The translations under genes and the position numbers were made by a program. The notes beneath the pieces are model-generated. The model saw only the letters and a list, made by a program, of their open reading frames with translations, was not told where the DNA came from and ran no database searches. A stretch of 64,000 nt of DNA from Candidatus Latescibacterota bacterium (GTDB lineage Bacteria > Latescibacterota > CBDEFO01), in contig OZ252149.1 of the NCBI GenBank assembly GCA_965248755.1, positions 2,752,001 through 2,816,000 on the forward strand. The letters are read 5' to 3'. Of the stretch, positions 19,426-29,136 are shown piece by piece (the stretch's first letter is position 1; each line of letters opens with the position of its first letter).

Positions 19426-20631
19426 TTAGAGGAGCGTGACCTCCACTTTTTCGTTCTTTTCGATAAGATCCACGTTCGGCGGGATAAGCATATAGCCGTC
19501 GGCCTGGGACATACTCGTAATTGCCCCGGAGTCCTTAAACGCCGGCATGGCAACGCCATCTACGAACTTCACAGTATAAAACTGATCTTTCCCTAAGTCC
19601 GACGTAATGCCCTGTCCCAGGGGCATCTCTATGGCTTTTTCTACTTTTGGATAGAGCCGCGCCATCTTCCTCAACATAGGAATCAAAAGCAGATACGAGT
19701 TTGAAAGGCACGAGGTCGGGAAGCCCGGCATGCCCAAGAATAGTGCCTTTCCTATCTTCCCGAAGAGCGTCGGCTTGCCCGGCCTTACTGCAATCCCATG
19801 GAATAGTATCTCTCCTACTTCCTGCATAATATCCAGAATAATGTCTCTTTCCCCCACAGAACTCCCCGCGGAGGTCAGAATTATATCGTATTTGCTGCAT
19901 TCTTCTACCTTAGCTCTTACGTCCTCCAACCTGTCCTTAACGATCCCCTTCAGATCCGCAATTCCTCCGTTATCCTCTACAACAGCTCTCATAGTGTATG
20001 AGTTAGTATTGTAGACTTGCCCCGGTTTTAAGCTTCCTCCCAGATCTACTACTTCATCCCCGGTAGATATGATGGCGACTTTGGGCTTTTTATACACAAC
20101 TAAACTATCCAGGCCCAGAGACGTAGCCGCCCCTATCCTGCCCGGGTTAAGTATCTCCCTCTCCTCTAAGACTTTGCTCCCGTCCTCAATATCTGTGCCT
20201 CTTTTCGACACATTTTCTTTTGGATAGACTGGCTCGTAGACAAGGACGCCCTCTTCGTTTTTATCGGTATTTTCCACCATAACCACAGCGTCTGCACCCT
20301 GGGGGATCATAGTTCCTGTGGCTATCTGTACACATTCTCCCGGCTCTATCTGGCTTTGGGGAACCTGTCCTGCATAGACTCTTTCAACGATCTTGAATGT
20401 ATTAGGGTCGAACTTTCCCGCTCCGAACGTATCCTCAGCCCTTACGGCGTATCCATCTTTAGCTGACCTGTCAAAATCGGGCACGCATATCTTTGAGACC
20501 ACATCCTCGGCCACGACTCTACCGTTGGCCTGTGTAATATTAACGCGGTCTGTCCTTTCAATCGGAACGACAGAGTCCAGGCATATTCTTTTCGCCTCGT
20601 CCAGAGGTATCAACGATTTTAAAGGTCGCAT
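19426..20631 (-). CDS. moeA: Molybdopterin molybdenumtransferase MoeA
   Basis: PDFDRSAKDGYAV, ISTGDEV, GSSVGERD, RPGKPT, GMPGFPTS, DSGAITSMSQADG. Confidence 0.92.
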   Translation of the reverse strand: MRPLKSLIPLDEAKRICLDSVVPIERTDRVNITQANGRVVAEDVVSKICVPDFDRSAKDGYAVRAEDTFGAGKFDPNTFKIVERVYAGQVPQSQIEPGECVQIATGTMIPQGADAVVMVENTDKNEEGVLVYEPVYPKENVSKRGTDIEDGSKVLEEREILNPGRIGAATSLGLDSLVVYKKPKVAIISTGDEVVDLGGSLKPGQVYNTNSYTMRAVVEDNGGIADLKGIVKDRLEDVRAKVEECSKYDIILTSAGSSVGERDIILDIMQEVGEILFHGIAVRPGKPTLFGKIGKALFLGMPGFPTSCLSNSYLLLIPMLRKMARLYPKVEKAIEMPLGQGITSDLGKDQFYTVKFVDGVAMPAFKDSGAITSMSQADGYMLIPPNVDLIEKNEKVEVTLL

Positions 20632-20731
20632 CAGCGTAATGAAAATTCGGATTAACTCTAAACTATTCTAAGTATCAGGTCAAAGTAGTTCGGAGAAATT
20701 ATAGAGATCCAGAATAGTAAACAGCATATTC

Positions 20732-20893
20732 GTAGGGGCAAGGGCACTTCACCACTTTGTGGTTTGCTGGCACTTTGTGCCCCCTGTAAAAAGGGGTGGC
20801 AGCAGCGCGCACGGTGTCCCACGGCGCCTCGTCGCAAGGGCTGGGAAACGAAAGCCCCTACCTTTTGGGGTGGGAGGCGGTGCCCTGTCTACT
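20732..20893. repeat. GTAG-type REP cluster
   Basis: GTAGGGGCAAGGGCAC...GTGCCCCTG and a facing GCCCCTAC, followed by GGCGGTGCCCTGTCTAC; related to the element at 63112. Confidence 0.55.
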
Positions 20894-20896
20894 TAC

Positions 20897-21163
20897 TTAA
20901 TATCTTCCGTAATCTCTCCTTTCTTTGTTTTTTGGTGGACGAGCTTCGTCCACTTTCAAAGCACGTCCTTGTAAATCGGTGCCGTCCAATGCTTCTTTTG
21001 CTTTTTCAGCTTCCGATGAGTTAGACATTTCAACAAATCCAAAACCTCTACCTTCAATTATGTTGACCTGCTTAACTTCACCATAGTTGGAAAACAATTC
21101 TTCCAACGCCTCACTAGTTACAGAGTAACTAAGATTTCCCACATACAGTTTGCTACCTTGCAT
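20897..21163 (-). CDS. RRM RNA-binding protein
   Basis: ATG at 21163 after AAGGAG; KLYVGNL (RNP2), RGFGFVEM (RNP1), LKVDEARP. Confidence 0.92.
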   Translation of the reverse strand: MQGSKLYVGNLSYSVTSEALEELFSNYGEVKQVNIIEGRGFGFVEMSNSSEAEKAKEALDGTDLQGRALKVDEARPPKNKERRDYGRY

Positions 21164-21378
21164 TCTTTCCTCCTTTTCTCTGTTGTCCAATAATGTTTCT
21201 TTTGGAGGTAGAAGCAAGATCGTTATTCTAACCTCTCTAATGCTAACACTATTAAACACAGGAGAACCCTCGTTAAAAACCTGTTTCAGAGGATTTAATT
21301 GAGTATTCTTACTACCCTCCTTCAGTATTTATCAAAGTAGTAAAAAGTAGGTAGGGCATCCCTCTCCCCATCTACTAC

Positions 21379-22458
21379 CTACTTTTGGGGATAGTGCTCC
21401 TTGCAGTAGTCCTTTACCGCAATCGGGATCTCCTTGAGGTTCTCTATCGTCGTCCTCAGGGGAATTGCGCACTCAGGGGCTATAATGTCGACCCCTGCGT
21501 CCATTGCTCTGTAGACCTCCTTTCGCACCTCCTCGGGACCCTTTGTATATAGCGTTACGGGGTTATTTACGTTTCCTACAAGAGCGAGATTTTCTCCTGC
21601 TGCTTCCATAGCCTCTTTGGGATCGTTGAGAGAATCAAAATGGAAGCACTTAAACCCCGTCTCGGCGATGTAAGGTATGCGATCCACAGTTTTTCCGCAG
21701 ATGTGAAGTATAAGAGGACAATTGATCCTTTCTTTAAACTCTATGTGAAGGTCCTTCAAAAACTCCCTGTAGTAATCCGCGCTCACCAGGTCTCCTGTAG
21801 CGTGATCGGGCAGGGTCAAAGCGTCTGCGCCTGCATCTATCTGCGCCTGACCGAACATGACTGTGGATTCTTTCAAAATGTCCAGGATCTTTTTTACCTT
21901 ATCGGGGTTGTCCACTGTCATCAACAAGAACTCTGTGATCCCGAAAAGGTGATAAGCCAAAGACCAGGGACCCATGGTCTTGCCTATGACAACCACTTCG
22001 TCCCCGTAATCACGGTTTAGGATCGTCAAGGTGTCAAGCACGGTTTTAGTGTCGTTATGAGTCAGAAGATCATCTGAGATTTTGATGTCCTCCGGCCCCT
22101 TGCAGATAGGTTTGTGCATCCTGACTGTCGCCCAGTTATCCTTCACCTCCCACTGAATCTCGCAACCCAAGGCCGAAGATTCCTGGATAATGGTAAAGAC
22201 CGGCATAACGCTGTCGAAGCCCAACTCGGTATAGCCTGTAGCCGCCAGCCGAGCCATCTTCTCAGCGTTTCTGTGAGCTTCGGGGAAGGGAGCGTCCACC
22301 AGATCCATCAAATCCACGGTTGCAACCGACGTCGGATTGGACACAGGTGGCCTGTCGACCTCCTCCCTGTTGAGTGCGGCAAGAACCCTTTCCCTCGGCT
22401 TCATGTACTCGACAAATCCTTCTCCATTGCCGCCTTCCTGATTTTTTCCAGAAGACAT
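21379..22458 (-). CDS. MtaA/CmuA-family methylcobamide methyltransferase (URO-D fold)
   Basis: MKPRERVLAAL, GPWSLA, LHICG and APEC zinc-ligand motifs. Confidence 0.82.
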   Translation of the reverse strand: MSSGKNQEGGNGEGFVEYMKPRERVLAALNREEVDRPPVSNPTSVATVDLMDLVDAPFPEAHRNAEKMARLAATGYTELGFDSVMPVFTIIQESSALGCEIQWEVKDNWATVRMHKPICKGPEDIKISDDLLTHNDTKTVLDTLTILNRDYGDEVVVIGKTMGPWSLAYHLFGITEFLLMTVDNPDKVKKILDILKESTVMFGQAQIDAGADALTLPDHATGDLVSADYYREFLKDLHIEFKERINCPLILHICGKTVDRIPYIAETGFKCFHFDSLNDPKEAMEAAGENLALVGNVNNPVTLYTKGPEEVRKEVYRAMDAGVDIIAPECAIPLRTTIENLKEIPIAVKDYCKEHYPQK

Positions 22459-22659
22459 ATCCTTCCTCCAATCTATCGATGGAGACTTAAAGCTCCTATA
22501 TTCATGATGGCAATTCTTGAACTGTCACTTAGATATGCCTGTCATATCTCTGTCAAACGTAATCCCGCCTCCATAACAAATATACCAAATAGGCATTCCA
22601 AAAACAAGGGATTGATCATAATGAAAAACGTTACTGATAAAATATCTTGATGGTATGTT

Positions 22660-23328
22660 CTATAGCATGTTAAGTTCATGCTTGGCCTGGGAGGATAGTT
22701 CAGAGTCTGGATACGAATCCACTATGCGTTCCAGAGAGCTCTGGGCTTCGTTCTTCATATCGGCCAGTACAAAACACCTTGCGGAATCTATAAGGGCTCT
22801 TGGGGCAAACGCTGAGTCCTTGTTCTCATCTGCAAAACTTTCGTACTTCTTTGCTGCCTTCTGGTATTTTCCCTGCTGCTCCATAGAGGCCGCAATCCCG
22901 CTTGCGCAATTATAGACCATGGTATCGTCGTCTCGATACTCATCTAAATAAGTCTGAAAATACTTTATTGCTTGCTTATACTCACCCCTGTCAAAGTAGA
23001 GATTTCCCAGATCTACCGTCGCCTCAGCCGCAGACGGTGTACCTTCAAAGCCCTCCATTACAGTCATGTACAAGCCGATGTCCTCATCAGGCCCCCCCTG
23101 GCGCATGGCTATTCTGGCTTCTGCTAAAGCGTTTGCGGAGTCCTCCTCGCTTTGTCTTTGCTTATTGACAGAAACTGCTATTATCACGGCCAGCACGACC
23201 GCTAAAATCCCGCCAAGAATGATCCTATTTAGGTTATCCCTTATAAACGTCGCCGCATTTGCTGTAAACGTTACGAATTTATCCTCTTTGATCTGTCTTT
23301 TCGTCAACCTCTGTCTCGGTTTAAGCAT
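22660..23328 (-). CDS. Membrane-anchored TPR protein (YfgM-like)
   Basis: Basic N-terminus with KEDKF, single TM helix, TPR helices ending in YPDS. Confidence 0.8.
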   Translation of the reverse strand: MLKPRQRLTKRQIKEDKFVTFTANAATFIRDNLNRIILGGILAVVLAVIIAVSVNKQRQSEEDSANALAEARIAMRQGGPDEDIGLYMTVMEGFEGTPSAAEATVDLGNLYFDRGEYKQAIKYFQTYLDEYRDDDTMVYNCASGIAASMEQQGKYQKAAKKYESFADENKDSAFAPRALIDSARCFVLADMKNEAQSSLERIVDSYPDSELSSQAKHELNML

Positions 23329-23366
23329 CTGTTTGAAATTCTCCTTCTTAAGTAGTCACAGCTGTA

Positions 23367-24593
23367 TCAGAACTTAACACTCTTGTATTCTAGTGCCATC
23401 TTTATTCTTTCCATAACTGGCGGGTGGGTGTACAAAAGCCATTTGATGAACCGTCCGGGCTCTACATCCGAAAGGTTCTTGATCGAAAGGTTCTTCTCGA
23501 CATCTATAAATATATCTGGTTTGTCGGTTAAAGTCAACGATTCCCAGTCGGCCTGACGTTCAAAATATCTCGAAATCGCGTTTTGCACCGGCATTCCCAC
23601 AAGTCCCAAGATTCCAACTATCAAGAATATCAGAGCCAACACGCCTACCTCGTCTATCGTTTCGATTCCGAATATGCCTTCCGACCAGTTTATAGTCCGG
23701 TTGACGATGAAAAGGATCAAAAAGCTACCTATTAGAGCCAGACTTATCCCCTTCCATATGTGATTGTGCTTCCAGTGTCCTATTTCGTGTGCCAGCACAA
23801 GTTCTACTTCATCGTCCTTTGAACCCTCCACCAGCGTGTCGTACAGGACAATTCTCTTGGTAGTTGCCAGCCCTGTAAAATAGGCGTTTACCTTCTTTGT
23901 CCTTTTGCTTGCGTCCATTACAAGGACGTCCTCCACCTCCAACTTTGCCTCTTCAGCCAGACCTAACACGCGATCTTTCAATTCGCCTTCTTCCAGCGGT
24001 TTGAAAGAATGAAAGAGGGGAGCTATCACCACAGGAGCAAGAAAAACCAGCACTACAGATAGAATACCCGAACAGATCGCCCCGTAGATCCACCATCTTT
24101 CGGGCTGCCACTTTATCAGGGCTAAGAGTCCCATCCCGACCGGAGCCATAATAACCAGACTAACTAGCCTCCCTTTGGCATAGTTCCACAGCCATCCTCC
24201 GATGCTTTCGTTGGACAACTCATACTGATGCTCGTGAAAATACCCGCTGTACAGAGACAGGGGAAAAGTAACGAACCAGACTAACAGCAAAAGACATCCT
24301 GAAAACAACATCGCTCCGAGCCACCATCTTCCCGTTATCCCGATTAAGCGATTTCCGAAGGTTGCAGCGACTCCGCTGAAGATAAAGAGGCACAAAATTG
24401 TGACTTCAATTGCCTCTCTCAGGAAGAATAACCTGTATTTTGTTTCTCTGTATTCTTTTCCCTTCTTTATCTGTTCGTCGGTAAAATAATCTGAGGCCCT
24501 GATCGCTTTTCCCCCATCAGCCTCAGCACTTGCTGCCACAGCCAACAGAATTACGAAGGATGTTATTAATGGAATTATATTTTTCAGTGCCAA
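23367..24593 (-). CDS. M48 (Ste24-like) zinc metallopeptidase
   Basis: NAYFTG, KRIVLYDTL, AHEIGH, ERQAD, THPP. Confidence 0.92.
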   Translation of the reverse strand: MALKNIIPLITSFVILLAVAASAEADGGKAIRASDYFTDEQIKKGKEYRETKYRLFFLREAIEVTILCLFIFSGVAATFGNRLIGITGRWWLGAMLFSGCLLLLVWFVTFPLSLYSGYFHEHQYELSNESIGGWLWNYAKGRLVSLVIMAPVGMGLLALIKWQPERWWIYGAICSGILSVVLVFLAPVVIAPLFHSFKPLEEGELKDRVLGLAEEAKLEVEDVLVMDASKRTKKVNAYFTGLATTKRIVLYDTLVEGSKDDEVELVLAHEIGHWKHNHIWKGISLALIGSFLILFIVNRTINWSEGIFGIETIDEVGVLALIFLIVGILGLVGMPVQNAISRYFERQADWESLTLTDKPDIFIDVEKNLSIKNLSDVEPGRFIKWLLYTHPPVMERIKMALEYKSVKF

Positions 24594-24702
24594 TTCCCAG
24601 TCTCAACCTTACAGATTTCGTAGATTACGCGAAACAGTTGCAAGGGTACTATTATGCCAACTGCACTACGTTAATCATCCCGATTCCACAAGCCAGATTT
24701 CC

Positions 24703-25776
24703 TTACATATGATCTGACTGCCACCAGTAAAAGCCTAAAGGAAACAGATCGCTTCCGAAGTCCGATATTTTCTCAGGTCCAAATATAAGCTTTATCAACT
24801 CCCTCCTTCCGAAATCCTCTTCTCTCCCGTTCCATCTTAATCTTACTCTATCTTCATGTTCACCTGCAAACATATCGGGAACTCCAAACTTGTCGAGCAG
24901 GCTTTCGGCGTTTATGACCCTCAACATCCCCGCGTAATATACCTCTTTGGGGAATTCCAAATCGTTCAAAGCACTGGGAATATCCTCATCCGCATAAGGT
25001 GTCAGAAAATTGATGAATTTTGGTTGCATCTCTTCGAAGAAATGCCTCACAAGACCCAGTACAATATCCACATCGCCCCCATACTCGTTGACGGAGCAGC
25101 TATCTTCTTCTCCTTTGTATCTCCCTATGACTATGTAGCCTTCGACTCTGTCATCCTTGATAGCCAAGTACACATCGTACTTTGGAAGCCCCATAATTGT
25201 CCCCGTCAACTCCCCGTTCCTTATCACACCGAGTTGGTCTCTATCGTGCAGAACCTTGATCTGTTCTACAAACTTTCTATCCTTTGCACCCTTTGCCACA
25301 TCACAGGCGCTTAAGCTCGGAAGGAGACCTAAGTTGCCCCGGTCCAAATAATATCTGCACTCCCTGCCTCCGTTCTCCCAACCGAACTTCCTGTAATAGT
25401 CATCTATCCCTGTCCACAGGATCGAAAGATCGTAAGCTTCCCCCTTCATCTTCCTTATACAGTCCTCTAACAGCATCCCCGCATATCCTTTCCTCTGATA
25501 GTGGGGATCTGTCGCAACGCTCCCTATACCTCCGACCTTCAAAACTGCATTCCCAACTCTCACATCCACAGGATATATACCCACGTGGCTTATCACCTTA
25601 CGATCTATCTTGATGAGCCTGAGATTATCGGCGTTCGACTCGTTCAAAAATTGGGGATAGTCACCTCCCATGCTCGGACGTCTATCCTGAAGCGATCTGA
25701 ACACGTAGTTTACAAGATCTACCGTCTCGCCGAACTCGTCAGGTCTGCAGCCTCTCGGTCCTTCGATATATTCCAT
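24703..25776 (-). CDS. GNAT acetyltransferase (Eis-like)
   Basis: IGSVATDPHYQRKGYA, YYRKFGWE. Confidence 0.82.
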   Translation of the reverse strand: MEYIEGPRGCRPDEFGETVDLVNYVFRSLQDRRPSMGGDYPQFLNESNADNLRLIKIDRKVISHVGIYPVDVRVGNAVLKVGGIGSVATDPHYQRKGYAGMLLEDCIRKMKGEAYDLSILWTGIDDYYRKFGWENGGRECRYYLDRGNLGLLPSLSACDVAKGAKDRKFVEQIKVLHDRDQLGVIRNGELTGTIMGLPKYDVYLAIKDDRVEGYIVIGRYKGEEDSCSVNEYGGDVDIVLGLVRHFFEEMQPKFINFLTPYADEDIPSALNDLEFPKEVYYAGMLRVINAESLLDKFGVPDMFAGEHEDRVRLRWNGREEDFGRRELIKLIFGPEKISDFGSDLFPLGFYWWQSDHM

Positions 25777-25801
25777 AACGCAACTCCTTAGTTACGCGTG
25801 G

Positions 25802-27460
25802 TCACTTTTCATCAAGTAATTTCAACTTATCTATCATATTCCTTGCGCGCCGCGAATACCTCTGACGCAGATCCAGCCTCAACGATTCTTGCAGTTGGTA
25901 GAGCGCTTCATCTCTCATACCCTCTTTATAGTAAATCTGACCCAAGTTAAAATGAGGCACATAGTTTTGGGGATTAGCCCTCAACGCCTCCTTGTAGTTC
26001 GTTACAGCGCCTGCTATATCTCCACTCTTTACTTGGCTATTTCCCAGAAGTATGTGGGCTATGTCGTGTCTATCGTTTACGTAGATGTCCACGGTGCTGT
26101 TGCTGATAATCCATGTCCAGCAGTGGGCACCGGAAATGGCTATGATAACCAGCGCCGCACGCATCATCCTTCCTTTGTCCTTCACGTATTTTATCATCAA
26201 ATATCCTCCCAAAGACACATATCCCAGACCTACAACAGCAAAGAGGTCCCAGTCCTCGAACGCCCCTATATCGGGATTCCACACTATGGCGAATACCTGA
26301 AAAAAGAGGGCGACCAATAAGAGAAAACGAAGATACTGATCTTTGAAATCTATATGCTTAAAATAGAAGAGGAGCACAAAGCATATAGCCGCGGCGCCCG
26401 GAAGTCCGGTCAAGATAATCTGATTTAACACAGCTGTTATGTGATCTGTCGAAAACGCAGGATATTGATATAGACTGTAGGATCTATCTCGTAAGAATAT
26501 GAAATTTAGTCTGGAAAGATGCGTATGCGTCAGATGCTCGGGACCGTAGCCTATAATGGCGTACAGGCCGATAGTCGCTCCTATCGGTACAAGAACCGAT
26601 AAAGCCATTATCCCGAATTGGAGTGTTCTATCCTTTAGACGTAACCCCTTTGTGCCAGCCAGATAAAGATACAATAGTGAAGGCAGCAGCCAGCCTGCTA
26701 GAACATGCATACATATGCTTAAGGACAGAACCAGAGACGGCAGTGCGATTTTGCATCTTCCCTCAAGATAGTACCAGCTTATTAGAAGATAAGACACAAT
26801 CCCCAAAGCTGCAATAGTGTAATTCTCAACGCTCCCAAAAAAGAGCTCAACAGCCCCCATTGAGAAGAACAGGCCAAAACACAGAGCCCTATCTGTCCAC
26901 CCGTCCGAAAACGCTCGGCACATATAAAGCACGACCAGAACAAATCCCAAGCCGCAGAGACAGCTTGTAAGAGCGTACGACTCGGCCGCTCCCCAATCTA
27001 ACACCCGGTGAAGCCAACTGTAGGTTAGAGAATGAATCAGAAGCTCTAAAGGCTCGTCGAACCACAGATGATAGCCCTTAAGATGAACGTCTAGAGTCAG
27101 AAATTCTATCAGATGAATGCTGTCGCCCAGTTTATAGTTTCTCATCCGCAGAAGCCAGAAAATGGGAAAGAAAGCGGAGCCGATCAAGACATATAGAATC
27201 CCTGTCTTTAAGCTAATTACCCTTTTTCCGATCCAGCCTGCTGCAAACAAAAACCCGATCCATACTTTGTCGTTTATCCACTTGAAGCAGACTAAAAGCC
27301 CTATCAGAGATAGAACTACACGTAGAGGTAGAGGTAAGTCCCCAAAGTGATAGAAGGACCAGAGATCCTTTCTGAACAGATCGGAGGGCAGATAGGGAAG
27401 CAGGACCATCGCCGCTCCGAAGATGGCTGCGCATACGAACAAGTATATATTTTGAAACAT
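25802..27460 (-). CDS. Polytopic membrane protein with a C-terminal TPR (GT-C glycosyltransferase-like architecture)
   Basis: About 12 hydrophobic segments, VENY and DWDLF motifs, C-terminal TPR (HFNLGQIY). Confidence 0.65.
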   Translation of the reverse strand: MFQNIYLFVCAAIFGAAMVLLPYLPSDLFRKDLWSFYHFGDLPLPLRVVLSLIGLLVCFKWINDKVWIGFLFAAGWIGKRVISLKTGILYVLIGSAFFPIFWLLRMRNYKLGDSIHLIEFLTLDVHLKGYHLWFDEPLELLIHSLTYSWLHRVLDWGAAESYALTSCLCGLGFVLVVLYMCRAFSDGWTDRALCFGLFFSMGAVELFFGSVENYTIAALGIVSYLLISWYYLEGRCKIALPSLVLSLSICMHVLAGWLLPSLLYLYLAGTKGLRLKDRTLQFGIMALSVLVPIGATIGLYAIIGYGPEHLTHTHLSRLNFIFLRDRSYSLYQYPAFSTDHITAVLNQIILTGLPGAAAICFVLLFYFKHIDFKDQYLRFLLLVALFFQVFAIVWNPDIGAFEDWDLFAVVGLGYVSLGGYLMIKYVKDKGRMMRAALVIIAISGAHCWTWIISNSTVDIYVNDRHDIAHILLGNSQVKSGDIAGAVTNYKEALRANPQNYVPHFNLGQIYYKEGMRDEALYQLQESLRLDLRQRYSRRARNMIDKLKLLDEK

Positions 27461-27607
27461 TGGAGATTAATTAAGTAGATGCTGTGTAGGGGCGATATGC
27501 CAGGGCGCTTTGTTGGGGAGGATGAAGTGATGGCAGCAATCCACGAAGTGGTCGCCCGGACTGCTGGGTGACAGAGGCACTACATTCAAGGTAAGTAGTG
27601 CAGTTCC

Positions 27608-28705
27608 TCAAATCCTCCCGTCTTTCAGGAATAGGCTCAACTCCTCTTTTGCCATGCCCCGAATTCCCAGATCTTCCACGGTTCTGCCTGACTTCCAACA
27701 GTCTTCGTGCACTATGATCGAAGCGATCTCCACCAGGGATCTCATAATAGGTGTGGAGACACCGAACTGCTCCGCGATGGAGATCCAGGTGACCAGTCCG
27801 TAGGGGACATCCTCCGTCAGCCAGCGGTTCTGCAGGTTCACCGGAGCCCTCAACTGGGTCAACATCCTGCTCCCGTTGATTACCTCCCAGATTGTGCCTT
27901 TGGGTCCGAACCCCGCGCGGTGGAAGCCTTCCTCTACAGAAAAGAGGTCTATTCCAAAGGCCGAACCTATCGCCCGGCGTTCATCGTCCACTTTCTTGAT
28001 GACGTCCGCTACAGCGGGTGATACGCCTTCTTCGTAAAAGTAGAACTCCCCCTTTGAGTACTCTATGCGGCCTGCGTTCATCAGCACTCCTGCAGGATGA
28101 ACTACAGGGTTCATGCTGCCTAGCCCGCACTCCATCGCGCTGGAGTGGGGAGCAATCCCGGGGAATAAATCCTTGAGCATTTCCGCCACATACTCTGTCT
28201 TTGAGGAAGGCAAAACGCCCAGTCCAAGACTTGTCACTATGCCCCAGATGTGCGCCTCGTTCGGAGCGACCTTGCGGCAGACGTAGGGTGAAGTATCCGT
28301 CTCCCCAAGGATCACACCTTCGCCTTTCCCCGAATCTCGTAATATCTTGGAAAACTCCAGCGTTCCTAACGTTCCGGGCAGAAGGACGACTACCTGTCCC
28401 TCTTTAAGGTGCGGCGCACACACCTGGACGAACGGTCTATGGGCGTAAGCGGGGACGCTGATGAGTATAAGTGCTTTGCCCTCAAGGGCTTCTTCGATAT
28501 CCGTCGAAACCTTATGTATTCTGGCAGTTCCTGCTTCTGCGACTCCTGCAAGGTGTATCTCTTTGGTCTGTCGAAGAACTTCTATGTTATTTTCAAACCC
28601 AGGAATCTCGTACAGAGTAATCTCGTAGCCCCTCAAGGTCAGATTCGCTGCGATGGAAAAGGCCGTGTTGCCGCCGCCCAGGACTGAAATAGATTTTGGG
28701 TTCAT
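27608..28705 (-). CDS. NAD/NADP-dependent opine (octopine/nopaline) dehydrogenase family
   Basis: VLGGGN, NPVVHP, FYFYEEG, DDERRAI, RWLTEDVPYGL. Confidence 0.87.
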   Translation of the reverse strand: MNPKSISVLGGGNTAFSIAANLTLRGYEITLYEIPGFENNIEVLRQTKEIHLAGVAEAGTARIHKVSTDIEEALEGKALILISVPAYAHRPFVQVCAPHLKEGQVVVLLPGTLGTLEFSKILRDSGKGEGVILGETDTSPYVCRKVAPNEAHIWGIVTSLGLGVLPSSKTEYVAEMLKDLFPGIAPHSSAMECGLGSMNPVVHPAGVLMNAGRIEYSKGEFYFYEEGVSPAVADVIKKVDDERRAIGSAFGIDLFSVEEGFHRAGFGPKGTIWEVINGSRMLTQLRAPVNLQNRWLTEDVPYGLVTWISIAEQFGVSTPIMRSLVEIASIIVHEDCWKSGRTVEDLGIRGMAKEELSLFLKDGRI

Positions 28706-29076
28706 ATCAGCCTCCTTTATGAGATCATAATCTAATCCAAAAGTTAGTTATGTGCAACTGCAATATTCTCAAAAGGGCGTAACGTGACGCTTGAATATAA
28801 CACAGCTTGAGCTTAGACACAATATTTTAGTAGACAGAACAACCCTCTCTATGCCTGGTTGACTTAGACCGCTTGGAGAAGCGCTTTGGTATTGACGTGG
28901 AAGGAAGGTTCAGACAGTCTTAGGAAGGAGGCATTGGGGATGTAAGCTTATAATGACAGTTTGCTTGCTCTTGACTTTTGTCATTTGAAGGGATACAACT
29001 GATGGGTCAGACATTTCTCTATCAATTTTACTGTGCGGTGAGGGCAGGAGGAGTGTAATTAGGAGGTTTAGACACA

Positions 29077-29116
29077 GAACACTAAGGGCGATCGCACAGG
29101 ATCGCCCTTAGTGTTC
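29077..29116. terminator. Perfect 17-bp stem-loop after purA
   Basis: GAACACTAAGGGCGATC-GCACAG-GATCGCCCTTAGTGTTC, 20 nt after the purA stop; U tract is weak. Confidence 0.7.
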
Positions 29117-29136
29117 CGATCAGAGGTGAAAGACTT

